From: a virus
Virus record (IMG/VR): IMGVR_UViG_3300027851_000016
Location: 27,153 to 91,152 of that record
DNA length: 64,000 nt
Direction: 5' to 3' (one strand)
Each line of letters begins with the position of its first letter. Within the stretch, counting starts at the first letter, position 1. A program made the position numbers and the translations under genes. The notes beneath the pieces are model-generated. The model saw nothing but the letters and a program-made list of their open reading frames with translations. It was not told where the DNA came from and ran no database searches. Below are positions 45,888 through 55,882 of this stretch, piece after piece.

Positions 45888-47540
45888 ATGCGAACTGTTG
45901 AAGTCAGGTCGAACATCGCAGGCGACATCATGAAGATTCGAAAGGGTGTCGTGTACAAGGATACGGCGACCGTTGTGGATGAGTTGCTGCAGAACTGTCA
46001 GCGTGCGGGTGCTACGTCGGTTGACGTGCGTATCATCGGTGACTCGATGACGGTCACAGACGATGGAGTCGGATGCCCCGACCCGCAGTCGTTGTTCGAG
46101 AAGAACACGTCCGCATGGGGGAACGAGGACGAGGCGTTCGGGGAGGGGTTCTTCAGTGTGTTCCTGTTGGCTGACAGGCTGGCTGTCCGCAGCTGCGATT
46201 GGTCGTTGACCATCGACGTGCTGGAGATGATTCGGACGCAGGACATGCGTGTCGAAGTCACTGAAGGGCTGGAACACGTGCAGGGGATGGTCGTCCAGGT
46301 CTCAGGCAAGAAGGTCGAGGACGATGTGTGGGAACTCCGTGAGGAGGTAGAACTGCTTGCGCGCACGATGCAGTTCGACACCGTTCTGAACGGCACGGAA
46401 GTAGAGCAGGTTGACCTGTTCCATCCGAATGAGCCTGGTGAGTTCCGCGTGGACACCAAGTTGTTGGAGGGTTGCATCGTACCGACCAAGGGGTACGGAA
46501 GTTACGTCCAGTGGTTCTACGAAGGCCGTCCCGTGCGCTCCGACTATGTGCAGGGCATCAGCGGCAACGTGGCCATCAAGAAGGGCTGCGCGACCCTGAA
46601 AGCACCTGACCGTAAGGAGTTCATCTACGACGCGAAGAAGACGGCACTTGCGGAGTCGCTGAAAGACGCGACACGCGGGGTGTTCCAGCAGTTCATCAAG
46701 ACAGCCACGGACGAGGAACTCGATGCCATGGCGGATGCAATCGACGCGTACCTGAAGGTCACGGACTACGCGGACCTGCTGAGTGTGTCGAAGTCCTTGT
46801 TCGAACGGGCGGAGGGGAGCGCCAAGGATGCAGGTGTGAAGTTTGATGCTGCGCTGCTTGGGCTGCTTGCGGGCATCGGGAAGATGGGCTTGGGAGACCG
46901 TGCTGAACGACCGAAGGGTCTGCTTGGTGAACTGGTCAGTAAGGTCAGGAAGCTCGCCTACGTGCCATCGAGGGACATCGAGAAGTATGAGAAGGCTGTG
47001 CGCAGGGCGGAGTACCTGGGATTCACGGTTGTGTACGCGCCGAACCAGCTGTATGTGAAGTCCATGCAGCACTTCGGGGTGCCGCTCGTCACGGCGCTTG
47101 AAGACCGTGTCGTAGCGCAGTACATCGCGGAGAAGGACGAGCCACGTAGCCAGAAGGAGCAGAGGTTCTTGTTCCTGATGCGTCGGGTCGAAGAGCACTT
47201 CGACATGCCAGCAGGCACGATTCGCTTGGCGAACTTGCGGCAGGAGGAGACCGACCAGGAGACTGGTGAGGTGCTGAAGCGAGACGACACGATTCTTGGG
47301 ATGACCGACTACCAGTTGAAGCGTGTGTACATCGACCGCAAGCAGGTCAAGTTCCCTGAGTATCGTGCGCAGGACCCCGAGTATCCGACAGTCACGGCAC
47401 ATGACTATCGCGTGCTGCTGCGCGTCTGGGGGACGCTGGTGCATGAGTTGGCGCACCTGCTGTACATGACGCGGGACAACACGATGGACCATGAGCAGGC
47501 GCAGCTTCGAATCGCCAACGAGTTGGATGGGTTGTTCTAG
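45888..47540 (+). CDS. GHKL ATPase with C-terminal HEXXH metallopeptidase-like motif
   Basis: ELLQN, DDGVG, GEGFFS; TLVHELAH. Confidence 0.8.
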   Translation: MRTVEVRSNIAGDIMKIRKGVVYKDTATVVDELLQNCQRAGATSVDVRIIGDSMTVTDDGVGCPDPQSLFEKNTSAWGNEDEAFGEGFFSVFLLADRLAVRSCDWSLTIDVLEMIRTQDMRVEVTEGLEHVQGMVVQVSGKKVEDDVWELREEVELLARTMQFDTVLNGTEVEQVDLFHPNEPGEFRVDTKLLEGCIVPTKGYGSYVQWFYEGRPVRSDYVQGISGNVAIKKGCATLKAPDRKEFIYDAKKTALAESLKDATRGVFQQFIKTATDEELDAMADAIDAYLKVTDYADLLSVSKSLFERAEGSAKDAGVKFDAALLGLLAGIGKMGLGDRAERPKGLLGELVSKVRKLAYVPSRDIEKYEKAVRRAEYLGFTVVYAPNQLYVKSMQHFGVPLVTALEDRVVAQYIAEKDEPRSQKEQRFLFLMRRVEEHFDMPAGTIRLANLRQEETDQETGEVLKRDDTILGMTDYQLKRVYIDRKQVKFPEYRAQDPEYPTVTAHDYRVLLRVWGTLVHELAHLLYMTRDNTMDHEQAQLRIANELDGLF

Positions 47541-47715
47541 CCATGGCGTTCACGAATGCACAGCGGCAGGCGCACCAGCTTTGCTCGGTGTGCACGCGCT
47601 GCAATAGGTGCCGTTTCGTACCCCGCTCCTCGACGGCATGTGATGCGTTCATCCAGCGGAAGAGAGACCAGAGGGAGCATGGGTCAAAGGTGAGTTACGA
47701 CAGATGGGAGGCACG

Positions 47716-47982
47716 ATGAACGAGTACCCTGAGCACGAGAAGCTGGAAAAGGTGCAAGAGAAGAGTCAGGCCATCGGAGAGTTCCTCGAATGGCTGAACG
47801 ACGAGAAGGGCCTCAGTCTTGCGGTGTGGGGTGAGGATGAGGTCATAGGTGAATGCCTGTACCCCGCGCACCCCAGTGTGCAGGACTTGCTTGCCGAGTT
47901 CTTCGGCATCGACCTGCAGGTACTGGAAGACGAGAAGCAAGCGATGCTTGTAGAGCTGAGGAGGACTGATGAGCAGAGGTAA
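47716..47982 (+). CDS. Hypothetical phage protein
   Basis: YPEHEKL...IGEFLEWL; GGAGG SD. Confidence 0.7.
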   Translation: MNEYPEHEKLEKVQEKSQAIGEFLEWLNDEKGLSLAVWGEDEVIGECLYPAHPSVQDLLAEFFGIDLQVLEDEKQAMLVELRRTDEQR

Positions 47983-48280
47983 CCCGTTCGAGAATGCTGC
48001 ACGTGGCAGGGACGCGTCAGGCATCAACGAGGATGAGTTGGAGCCTATCAAGTTCGAGGAGGCACCGAGACCACTGGCGGATGCACTGCATGCTGTCACC
48101 GTTGCAGCGAATGGCGTGGCGCGTGCGTTCGGTATCCCCGAGAAGAGGCCGACCGAGGACCGATACGGTATGAACCCGTGCTTCCTGATGGGCAAGTGGG
48201 CGCGTGCGCTGTGGATGATGTCTGCCGTCGCGTTCCGCGAGGGCTGGGTCTACGGGAAGAAGTGGTGGGAGGATGAGTGA
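47969..48280 (+). CDS. Hypothetical protein
   Basis: Overlapping ORF with SD. Confidence 0.55.
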   Translation: MSRGNPFENAARGRDASGINEDELEPIKFEEAPRPLADALHAVTVAANGVARAFGIPEKRPTEDRYGMNPCFLMGKWARALWMMSAVAFREGWVYGKKWWEDE

Positions 48281-48644
48281 CCGCATAGACGAGTTGTTAC
48301 GTGGAGGTGAACCGATGAGTATCCGAGACATCATCGAGAAGTGGCATCTCATCTCCACGAACTACGCGCGGCACGGCTACACTGCTGCGGTTCATGGTCG
48401 CGACTTCGAGGAGATGCGTGACGACTTCGCTTCTGCGCTCGAAGAACTCTCCCTCATGGAAGCCGTGTGTGAGGCGGCAGCGGACGTAGCGGACGAAGTG
48501 ACGAATGGCGTCCCGCTGGACGACAACGTAATCGAGTTCATGGATGAGGATAGCGACTATCTGTTCATCGAGAAGTCGCTTATACGGAAGCTCGACGACG
48601 CGCTTGATAGCCGCGCCGCCTACCGAAAGGAGCGTGGACTGTGA
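48273..48644 (+). CDS. Hypothetical protein
   Basis: ORF with SD; atypical codon use. Confidence 0.6.
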   Translation: MSDRIDELLRGGEPMSIRDIIEKWHLISTNYARHGYTAAVHGRDFEEMRDDFASALEELSLMEAVCEAAADVADEVTNGVPLDDNVIEFMDEDSDYLFIEKSLIRKLDDALDSRAAYRKERGL

Positions 48645-48794
48645 GTCACTGCATCTACTGCCTCGAAGATGATGACCGGCTTGACTCTGATGGCGTGTGC
48701 CCAGAGTGCCGGGAGGAGTTCGGTAACCGTGATGCTCTATACGAGCAGGAGCTAGCCGACAGCCTTGAGTTCGATGTTGACGAGGAGGCCGACC

Positions 48795-49172
48795 ATGAGT
48801 GAGACACCCTGCCCGTTCTGCGGTCAGATTCACGGCGATGACATGTCGGAGTGCGCTGACGGATTCACATCACGCCACAACGACGAGGGTATTGGCCTCA
48901 CCGCCAATATCGAACGCCTGGAAGCCGACCTCAGTACCGTCAAGGACGCTTACGATGACAAGCACCGTGCCTATGCGCTGCTGCGGGAAGCGTACCAGCA
49001 ACTCCTTGCCGAGCGTGACGCGCTACTTGACGCGCTTAGGTGGTGCGGCGGGTCTGCCGACTTTGGGCACGGAGGACAGGCACGCGAGGGATGGCAGCGC
49101 AAGGTTGCGCCGCTTTTCGCCGAGAGGGTGAGGAACGCGCCGCTTCTCGCCGAGAGGGTGATACGACGATGA
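48795..49172 (+). CDS. Hypothetical coiled-coil protein
   Basis: GAGGAGG SD; N-terminal CPFC. Confidence 0.6.
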   Translation: MSETPCPFCGQIHGDDMSECADGFTSRHNDEGIGLTANIERLEADLSTVKDAYDDKHRAYALLREAYQQLLAERDALLDALRWCGGSADFGHGGQAREGWQRKVAPLFAERVRNAPLLAERVIRR

Positions 49173-49295
49173 GTGACCGTGAGCTTCTGCACGACAGGAA
49201 CGAGGCACTGCCCCGCATGGTTGATGATGGACTTGAGCAGTCGTCCACGCTTGCTGCTGGAAGAAAGTAGGGTACTGTATCGTGCATTTTGGACC

Positions 49296-49325
49296 TTGTC
49301 TTCTGCGCCGCCAATCCAGTACAAT
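49296..49325 (+). promoter_or_regulatory. Promoter of the replication operon
   Basis: TTGTCT-N18-TACAAT in an intergenic gap. Confidence 0.55.
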
Positions 49326-49361
49326 GATAGAAGAACACCACACTGTACATGGGAGGGCGCG

Positions 49362-49595
49362 ATGTCAGAACAGGACAAGAAGGCGAACGCACGAGGACCT
49401 GTCGTTTCGGTGTACATGTCGGAGGCTGAGCGGGAGGCACTTGATATGCTCGCCCAGCTGGAGAACCGAAGTAGTTCGAACCTGATTCGCGTCGAACTCG
49501 TCAGGGTGCTCAAGAATCGAGGGCTTCTGGTAGAGAAGTTCGGGGAGCACGGTGAGATAGAGCAAGTAGTGGTCAGAGACGCGGTGGTAGCGTGA
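49362..49595 (+). CDS. Ribbon-helix-helix (CopG-like) regulator
   Basis: VVSVYMSEAEREALDMLAQLENRSSSNLIR. Confidence 0.8.
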   Translation: MSEQDKKANARGPVVSVYMSEAEREALDMLAQLENRSSSNLIRVELVRVLKNRGLLVEKFGEHGEIEQVVVRDAVVA

Positions 49596-49936
49596 TGCAG
49601 GGTGCCTGCCTGGATAGGCTTGGCCCACCCGTACTGATACCGAGGGACTGGTTGCAGGACCTTGGTGTTGACAGTGCGGTACTGCTAGCGATGCTACGAG
49701 AGCTACTGCACTCGGAACGCGTGCGTGGAGTAAGTGAGCGCGTGGATAGCAATGGCTTCGTGCGGCTCACAGTGGCTGAGATTCAGAGCAGGATGCCTTG
49801 GTGGAGTGTTGCAACGGTGCGGCGAAGGCTCACCAAGTTGGTCGAGTTGGGGTACCTGGTGGCGGTCGAGTCGGAGGATAGTGACCCGCGTGACCGAGCC
49901 TTGTGGTATGCGCTGGGTGGTGAAGCGCATGAATGA
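49592..49936 (+). CDS. Winged-HTH protein
   Basis: WSVATVRRRLTKLVELGYL...WY. Confidence 0.75.
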   Translation: MMQGACLDRLGPPVLIPRDWLQDLGVDSAVLLAMLRELLHSERVRGVSERVDSNGFVRLTVAEIQSRMPWWSVATVRRRLTKLVELGYLVAVESEDSDPRDRALWYALGGEAHE

Positions 49937-50951
49937 TGAGGGAGATGTCCTGTTGCTGGATGAGCCGATGCTGATGGTGCAGTCGAGACTTGCGGTGGCA
50001 CTCGGCTTGAATCAGGCACTGTTCCTGCAGCAGGTTCAGTACTGGTTGCACACGAACAAGAAGCATGGGCGCAACCTGCGGGATGGTAGGTACTGGACGT
50101 TCAACTCGTTTGAGGCGTGGCAGGAGGAGAGCTTTCCGTTTTGGAGTGTGAGTACGCTCAAACGGATTGTCGGTACCCTCGAAAAGGCTGGTGTGTTGCT
50201 GACCACCGACAAGTACAACAAGCACGGGTACGACAACACGAAGTGGTACAGCATCGACCGTGAACGTCTCGCAGAGGTAGTTGCAAGTGGAGTACTGTCT
50301 GAGAGTGTGCAGAATGAGCAAGCCACAGTCCAAGTTGACACGGTGGAGTGTGCAGTCAATCTGAGCACCCCACCGTGTCAATCTGACACGTCTATCGTGT
50401 CAACTTGGCACGACAATCGTGTCAATCTGACACGAACAAGACCAGAGACTAACGCAGAGATTACGGCAGAGACTAGAGATGTCGCGCACCCCGCGACCTC
50501 ACCGCGCGTAGGGGCTTTGGAGCGACCTACGAAACGGAGCACCAATCCTCCTGCGGTGTCGGTGGAAGAGGCGGTCGCTGCGGCCACTGAGCGGTCCATA
50601 GCAGCGCGAGAACGGCGTGGCAGTACCAAGAGGCGTAAGGAGCCTCAGAAGAACGCGAACACGGCACTGGCGCGGTTCAGTGAGTTGTTCACGGAGACGT
50701 TCGGCGGCGTGGCACCTATTGAACTGGCGAAAGACCGTGCACTGATGAAGAAGCTGGTCGAGCACCACGGGTACGAGACTGTGGTCTCGTGGGTGGAGTG
50801 GATGTTCAGGAACTGGGCTGTGATGCGTCGTGAGTGCAAGCTGACAGGTGTACCGACCATCGGTATGTTCTTCGGGTTCCGAGGGTACCTGCAGGAGCAT
50901 GCTGGGGTCGTTGAGGTCGGTGCAGACAGTGCCAGTCCGTGGGGTGTCTGA
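49929..50951 (+). CDS. Replication initiator (HTH, lambda O-like organisation)
   Basis: LGLNQALFLQQVQYW, FPFWSVSTLKRI, KWYSID; internal iterons; followed by loader and helicase. Confidence 0.85.
   Translation: MNDEGDVLLLDEPMLMVQSRLAVALGLNQALFLQQVQYWLHTNKKHGRNLRDGRYWTFNSFEAWQEESFPFWSVSTLKRIVGTLEKAGVLLTTDKYNKHGYDNTKWYSIDRERLAEVVASGVLSESVQNEQATVQVDTVECAVNLSTPPCQSDTSIVSTWHDNRVNLTRTRPETNAEITAETRDVAHPATSPRVGALERPTKRSTNPPAVSVEEAVAAATERSIAARERRGSTKRRKEPQKNANTALARFSELFTETFGGVAPIELAKDRALMKKLVEHHGYETVVSWVEWMFRNWAVMRRECKLTGVPTIGMFFGFRGYLQEHAGVVEVGADSASPWGV
50326..50434. repeat. Palindromic iterons, probable replication origin
   Basis: CGTGTCA-N3-TG(A/G)CACG at 50374, 50396, 50418 (22-bp period); degenerate copies at 50352 and 50326. 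Confidence 0.85.
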
Positions 50952-51574
50952 TGGAGGGAGGTGCGGAAGTGTTGACGAAGCGCAAGTTGACGTTCGGTGA
51001 TGTGCGGCGGGCGAACCTGCCAGAGTTGTTCTGGGATGCGTCCCTGGATGCTGTACCTGACCTGGCGTACAAGCCGAAGGTGGAGCGGTACCTGGAGACG
51101 CTGCCGCACATGCTGTCGCAGGGTGTCGGTCTGTACCTGTGGTCAAGTGAGAACAGCACGGGTAAGACGAGCCTTGCCGCACTCATCGTCAAGGAGGCAC
51201 TCCGTTACGGGCACACGGTGTTCTTCGAGGAGTCTGGTCGCCTGAAGACTCGCCTGATGAACAAGGAAGAGTTCGAGGAGGGGCAGTCCGTATGGAACCG
51301 AGCGGATACTGTTGACCTGCTTGTGCTCGATGACATCGGCAAGGAGTACCGCACGTCGAGCGGGTATGTAGAGAACCTGGTCGAGACGATGCTGCGCGGG
51401 CGAGTGCAGCGCAAGCAGACGACGGTCATGACGGGCAACGTGCACCCGAGGGACCTGAAGAAGTTGTACTCGTCCGACTTTGCCGCGCTGCTCAAGGAGA
51501 GCATGATTCCGATTGAGGTCACAGGCCACGACTTCCGTGAGGCGCGTGCGCGGGAACTGCAGGCACTGCTATGA
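50951..51574 (+). CDS. DnaC/IstB-like AAA+ helicase loader
   Basis: NSTGKT, DLLVLDDIGKE, TVMTGN. Confidence 0.88.
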   Translation: MEGGAEVLTKRKLTFGDVRRANLPELFWDASLDAVPDLAYKPKVERYLETLPHMLSQGVGLYLWSSENSTGKTSLAALIVKEALRYGHTVFFEESGRLKTRLMNKEEFEEGQSVWNRADTVDLLVLDDIGKEYRTSSGYVENLVETMLRGRVQRKQTTVMTGNVHPRDLKKLYSSDFAALLKESMIPIEVTGHDFREARARELQALL

Positions 51575-51588
51575 GAGAGGAGGTCTAG

Positions 51589-52842
51589 GTGCACGCTGAG
51601 AAAGCGGTGCTTTCGCGCATACTGCTCAGTGGTGAGTGGCATAGCGTGATGGACAGACGTGTTTCTGCTGGGTTGTTCCAAGATGAGGAATGCAGGCAGT
51701 GCTTTCAGTTCGTGTCCGATTTCTACGGGCAGTACTCGAAGGTGCCGTCGCTTGAACTCGTAGAAGAGCAGTTCCCTGGCATGCGGTTCCAGCTGGCAAA
51801 GGAGCCAGTCGAGTTCTACGTGGACAAGTTGTCTGAGAACTACGTGCGGTTGAATGGGTCGAAGCTGCTCATGGCAAGCGCGGAGGTAATCACGCGCGAC
51901 CCATTTGCTGGGCTGGAGAAGTTGCAAAGCGGGGTGGCACAGCTTGCCCTGGATGCAAGGCCGACGCGTGACGTGTCGGTAGGTGCTAGCACTGGAAGCC
52001 GCAAGGAGCGGTACCTGCGCTTGAAGGATGCGAAGGGCATGGACGGTCATTCGACCCCATGGCAGGTGCTGAACGAGGCTACGATGGGTCTGCACCCTGG
52101 GGATTTCGTGGCAATCGTCTCTCGACCTGCCGTCGGTAAGACGTTCATGCTCACCGTGTTTGCTGAGTTTGCTGCGCGGACGGGGCTGCGTGTGCTGTTC
52201 ATATCGAACGAGATGTCAGACACGCAGATAATGCAGCGTTTCGATGCAGTGCACTTCCAGTTGCCATACAAGGAGCTGCGTGCTGGGCTGCTACCCGACG
52301 CACTGGAGGAACGCTACTTCGAGGGTCTTGATTCGATGTCGGTCGATATGGTCGTGACGGAAGATGTGCAGACCATCTCGGCAGTGTCGGCCAAGATTGA
52401 CCAGTACAACCCTGACCTGCTCCTGGTGGACGGCATGTATCTGATGCGTGACGAGGTTCGTGGCTCAGACCAGTATGCGACCGTATCGAATGTGAGTCGG
52501 GCACTGAAGCGGCTTGGTAAGCAGAAGCGGATACCAGTTGTTGCTACGACACAGTTCAACCGCCTGACGGACGAGTTGCGCATGGATAAGGTGACGCTGG
52601 CGAACCTGGGTTTCAGTGATAGCATCGGCCAGGATGCCGACGTTGTGCTTGGCCTGTTCCGAACGCAGGATATGCGTGCGAACAACGAGATGCGGGTCAG
52701 GATGCTCAAGATTCGGGAAGGAGAGCCGAAGGACTTCACGCTGAACTGGGACCTGCATCGTATGAACTTCGAAGAACTCGATGCGTCGGATGACGACCGC
52801 CTGCTGGACGCGGATGACACGGAGGCCCGTATCGTCTACTGA
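51589..52842 (+). CDS. dnaB: DnaB-like replicative helicase
   Basis: SRPAVGKT, SNEM, VDGMYL, QFNR, SDSIGQDAD. Confidence 0.93.
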   Translation: MHAEKAVLSRILLSGEWHSVMDRRVSAGLFQDEECRQCFQFVSDFYGQYSKVPSLELVEEQFPGMRFQLAKEPVEFYVDKLSENYVRLNGSKLLMASAEVITRDPFAGLEKLQSGVAQLALDARPTRDVSVGASTGSRKERYLRLKDAKGMDGHSTPWQVLNEATMGLHPGDFVAIVSRPAVGKTFMLTVFAEFAARTGLRVLFISNEMSDTQIMQRFDAVHFQLPYKELRAGLLPDALEERYFEGLDSMSVDMVVTEDVQTISAVSAKIDQYNPDLLLVDGMYLMRDEVRGSDQYATVSNVSRALKRLGKQKRIPVVATTQFNRLTDELRMDKVTLANLGFSDSIGQDADVVLGLFRTQDMRANNEMRVRMLKIREGEPKDFTLNWDLHRMNFEELDASDDDRLLDADDTEARIVY

Positions 52843-52865
52843 TGCTCGGTCGTATGGATTGATTC

Positions 52866-52894
52866 AGGGTGGGCCACTGGCCCGCCTTTGTTGT
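52866..52894 (+). terminator. Intrinsic terminator
   Basis: AGGGTGGGCC-ACT-GGCCCGCCTTTGTTGT. Confidence 0.75.
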
Positions 52895-52939
52895 ATCTGC
52901 AGGATGTTACTCATCAGTAAGATTTCTTTGCTCCATCGC

Positions 52940-52968
52940 TTGACACAGAACTCGTTATATGTCACGAT
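52940..52968 (+). promoter_or_regulatory. Conserved early promoter P3
   Basis: Identical core to P1. Confidence 0.85.
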
Positions 52969-53015
52969 GATAGTAGAGAACTACCCTGTCCACGATGGGA
53001 TGGAGATGAGAAACG

Positions 53016-53471
53016 ATGGGGACCAAGAAGGACACAGTCGAGATTCGATGCGAGACCTGCGGCGGTTCGGGCCACTGCACCGCGTGTGGTGGTTCGGGGT
53101 GCCCGACCTGCAGCGACAGTGGTGACTGCTCCTGGTGTGGTGGCAGTGGGGTATACGAGATGGAGGTCAAGGAAGAGGTCCGTGTGTGGACCAAGACCGA
53201 GGTCAAGGGCCTGCTGGTTCGCAACGATGAGGCAGTACGCAAGGGCATCGTCGCGATATACCGACTGCAGACGGAGGAAGAGAAGGTAGCAGGTGAGACC
53301 CGCGTGGACAACGGTGTTGGGTTCAACGGCGTGGATGCACCGTTCTTGTCGTCGCTGGCACGCCAGGTACTGCAGGGTCGGAACCTGTCGGAGAAGCAGT
53401 TGGCTGCTGGTCGCAAGGCTCTGCTCAAGTACGCTGGTCAGCTTACCCGCATAGCGAACGGGAAGGTGTGA
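53016..53471 (+). CDS. Protein with DnaJ-type CxxCxGxG Zn finger
   Basis: Four CxxCxxSG repeats followed by an NGVGFN-containing domain. Confidence 0.75.
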   Translation: MGTKKDTVEIRCETCGGSGHCTACGGSGCPTCSDSGDCSWCGGSGVYEMEVKEEVRVWTKTEVKGLLVRNDEAVRKGIVAIYRLQTEEEKVAGETRVDNGVGFNGVDAPFLSSLARQVLQGRNLSEKQLAAGRKALLKYAGQLTRIANGKV

Positions 53472-53752
53472 TTGCCATGGCTGACTGCACACGATGCAAG
53501 TCCACGACGTGTAGGACCAGGGCTGCGGGTGTTGACCTGGTGTCGGTACCTGACTGTGATTCGTTCGTTGGCGGTGCTGTTGATTTGCTTGAGGCCGCTA
53601 CAGACCGTGCGGCACGTGCGTACACCGAGTACAGGATGTCCGTACTTGAGGGTGCACGGCGTGAGGCTGCGGCACTGGACATCGTACTGATGGAGTTGGG
53701 GAACCTGATGGAGGCTGCGCGGGATGCGGTCACGGAGGCACGTCATGGCTGA
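53468..53752 (+). CDS. Hypothetical protein
   Basis: Coupled ORF. Confidence 0.55.
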   Translation: MIAMADCTRCKSTTCRTRAAGVDLVSVPDCDSFVGGAVDLLEAATDRAARAYTEYRMSVLEGARREAAALDIVLMELGNLMEAARDAVTEARHG

Positions 53753-53969
53753 CGCAACGACCGAGAAGATAGTCGAGTTCTTCGACCACGATGTGTGCGC
53801 CAAGTGCGGTGGGGAGTGTTGCAAGCATTGCTCTTGCCTTGCGCACCCAGATGACTTCGGAAGCACGCCTGAGCAGGTCATGGAGAACCTGGAGGCAGGG
53901 ATGGCCCAGAAGGACTACGCAATCCGTGTGGGTGTCTCAGACGAGAAGGAGATGGGTGACGATGCGTAA
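53745..53969 (+). CDS. Cys-cluster protein
   Basis: CAKCGGECC. Confidence 0.55.
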   Translation: MADATTEKIVEFFDHDVCAKCGGECCKHCSCLAHPDDFGSTPEQVMENLEAGMAQKDYAIRVGVSDEKEMGDDA

Positions 53970-54246
53970 GGTACGCGGGTTCATGGTGCAGGAGTATGCA
54001 ATCCCCGAGAGCAGGGACTGGAAGCGTGTGCCGAAAGACACGGACAGGCTTCCTGTAGTGGACACGGATGGTGTCTCGCTGGGGCAGTTCCTGCTCACGG
54101 ACGGGGATGACGTCGTGTACGTCGTTGACCGTTTCGAGACCGACGATGGGTTCACGGTAGCGCTGGTTGCCGACAGGTACAAGAACCTGGCGTTCTGGTC
54201 CTCGAATGCCACGTTCTTCGCCCTCGATGAAGGACAGGAGGGGTGA
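53962..54246 (+). CDS. Hypothetical protein
   Basis: Coupled ORF. Confidence 0.55.
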   Translation: MRKVRGFMVQEYAIPESRDWKRVPKDTDRLPVVDTDGVSLGQFLLTDGDDVVYVVDRFETDDGFTVALVADRYKNLAFWSSNATFFALDEGQEG

Positions 54247-54608
54247 TGGTGGGACGGCCCTGGAAGTACAAGTTGAAGGAGGGTTCGGCGCTTCGGAAGG
54301 CCATAGACGCGGCGGATGGCCTTGGGTTCGAGGGTAGTGCGCGTGTTCTCGACCAGCTGGAGGTGTGCTGCCGTGAGGCTATGGCACTGACCGAGCATGA
54401 GGAAGATGCGCACGAGTGCTACGGCGCGTACACGAAGTTCGAGGACCTGCTCGGTATGCTGGATGGCGAGGCCGAGGTGGTACGTACCAAGCCAGAGGTT
54501 GTCATGACCGAGTGGGAGTACGTCGGTGGGGTCACGGAGTTGGTCGATGGCAGACTAGCAGAGTTCTATGACCTCGCAGACGAGTTCAGAATGTGGGTGA
54601 CGTGGTGA
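54243..54608 (+). CDS. Hypothetical protein
   Basis: Coupled ORF. Confidence 0.65.
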   Translation: MMVGRPWKYKLKEGSALRKAIDAADGLGFEGSARVLDQLEVCCREAMALTEHEEDAHECYGAYTKFEDLLGMLDGEAEVVRTKPEVVMTEWEYVGGVTELVDGRLAEFYDLADEFRMWVTW

Positions 54609-54814
54609 TGGCTGCGAAGAAGGTGTTCAAAGCATCGACCGCGAAGGCGAAGAAGAACTACACGTGTGACGGATGTGTGCGCGCGGGTCACCAGCAGAAG
54701 TGCCCGAAGGAGCGACTGAAGGACCTGCGGTTCAAGTTGTCAGATGAGCGTGAGTGCTGGTCTGATGACCCGAGGGAGGCACAGTGATTTGCCTATGCGG
54801 GAGCGGGTGAAGCA

Positions 54815-55849
54815 GTGAATCGAGAGAGCATCACGTACGTCCTGCAGCGCATGGGTGTCGAGCATGCCCAGATGTCTGGCGAGTGGATTCGGTGTGCGTG
54901 CCCGTTGGCACCGTGGACACATGCTGGTGGCACTGACAAGAACCCATCGTTCGGGGTCAAGGAGGCACGTGGTATCAGTGGCGTGAACTGCTTCTCATGC
55001 GGGTTCAAGGGCGGGATGCTGCAACTCGTGCGGCGGTTCGCTCCGCTAGCGGTCGATGCAGGGCTATGGTCGCCAGAGGATGTGCAAGAGGTGACCGACT
55101 ACGTGCTGCTTGCGGAGTCTGATGACCAGGTGGTCGAGCATAAGGAAGTGCTCGCTGACGTGGTGGTCGGTGAGGACCTTCGGAAGTGCCTGAATGTCTG
55201 GCACCCGTACTTCGCGAGCAGGGGCATCACCGAAGCGATGGCCGAGCAGTGGAGCCTTGGCTATGTGGAAGACCATGTGGACCCGAGGACAGAGAGCCAC
55301 ATGCACAAGCGGGCACTGTTCCCCGTGTTCGAGCGAGATGGGAAGCGGTTAGAGCTGCGCGGCATAGTTGGGCGTACGACATTGCAGGCAGCAGAGATGG
55401 AGGTTCGTGGGGAACCGAAGTACAAGAATGCTCCACCGAAGTTCAGGAAGTCACAGTACCTGTACGGGCTGTGGCACCAGGAGCATCAGCGTCGGCTAGT
55501 CGTAGTCGAGGGGCCGATGGACTGCATCACGTTGAATGCACGGCTCGCTGCGGTTGGTCTGGACGACGAGTTCCTGGTGGTTTCGATACTCGGTGCGTCT
55601 GCGAGTGACCACCAGGTCGAGCTGTTGAAGGAGCATGCCGAGGAGGTCGTCTGCCTTCTGGACAACGACCCCAGCGGGAAGCTCGGCGTGAAGGGACTGA
55701 TAGATGCGCTGGAGGCGCATGTGCTCGTGTCGGTAGTGACGTATCCCGATGGCGTGAAGGACCCAGATGAGGCAGGAGATGCTGCTCTCGATATGTTAGC
55801 AATGCGCGTGTCGATTCTGGAGTACCGCCTGGGTAAGCTGCTTGGGTAG
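54815..55849 (+). CDS. DNA primase (Zn finger plus TOPRIM)
   Basis: CP...H...CFSC, PKYKN, VVEGPMD, LDNDPSG, KDPDE. Confidence 0.9.
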   Translation: MNRESITYVLQRMGVEHAQMSGEWIRCACPLAPWTHAGGTDKNPSFGVKEARGISGVNCFSCGFKGGMLQLVRRFAPLAVDAGLWSPEDVQEVTDYVLLAESDDQVVEHKEVLADVVVGEDLRKCLNVWHPYFASRGITEAMAEQWSLGYVEDHVDPRTESHMHKRALFPVFERDGKRLELRGIVGRTTLQAAEMEVRGEPKYKNAPPKFRKSQYLYGLWHQEHQRRLVVVEGPMDCITLNARLAAVGLDDEFLVVSILGASASDHQVELLKEHAEEVVCLLDNDPSGKLGVKGLIDALEAHVLVSVVTYPDGVKDPDEAGDAALDMLAMRVSILEYRLGKLLG

Positions 55850-55853
55850 GTAC

Positions 55854-55882
55854 TTGACACAGACCTTGTTATATGCCACGAT
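55854..55882 (+). promoter_or_regulatory. Conserved early promoter P4
   Basis: TTGACA-CAGACCTTGTTATATGC-CACGAT. Confidence 0.82.
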
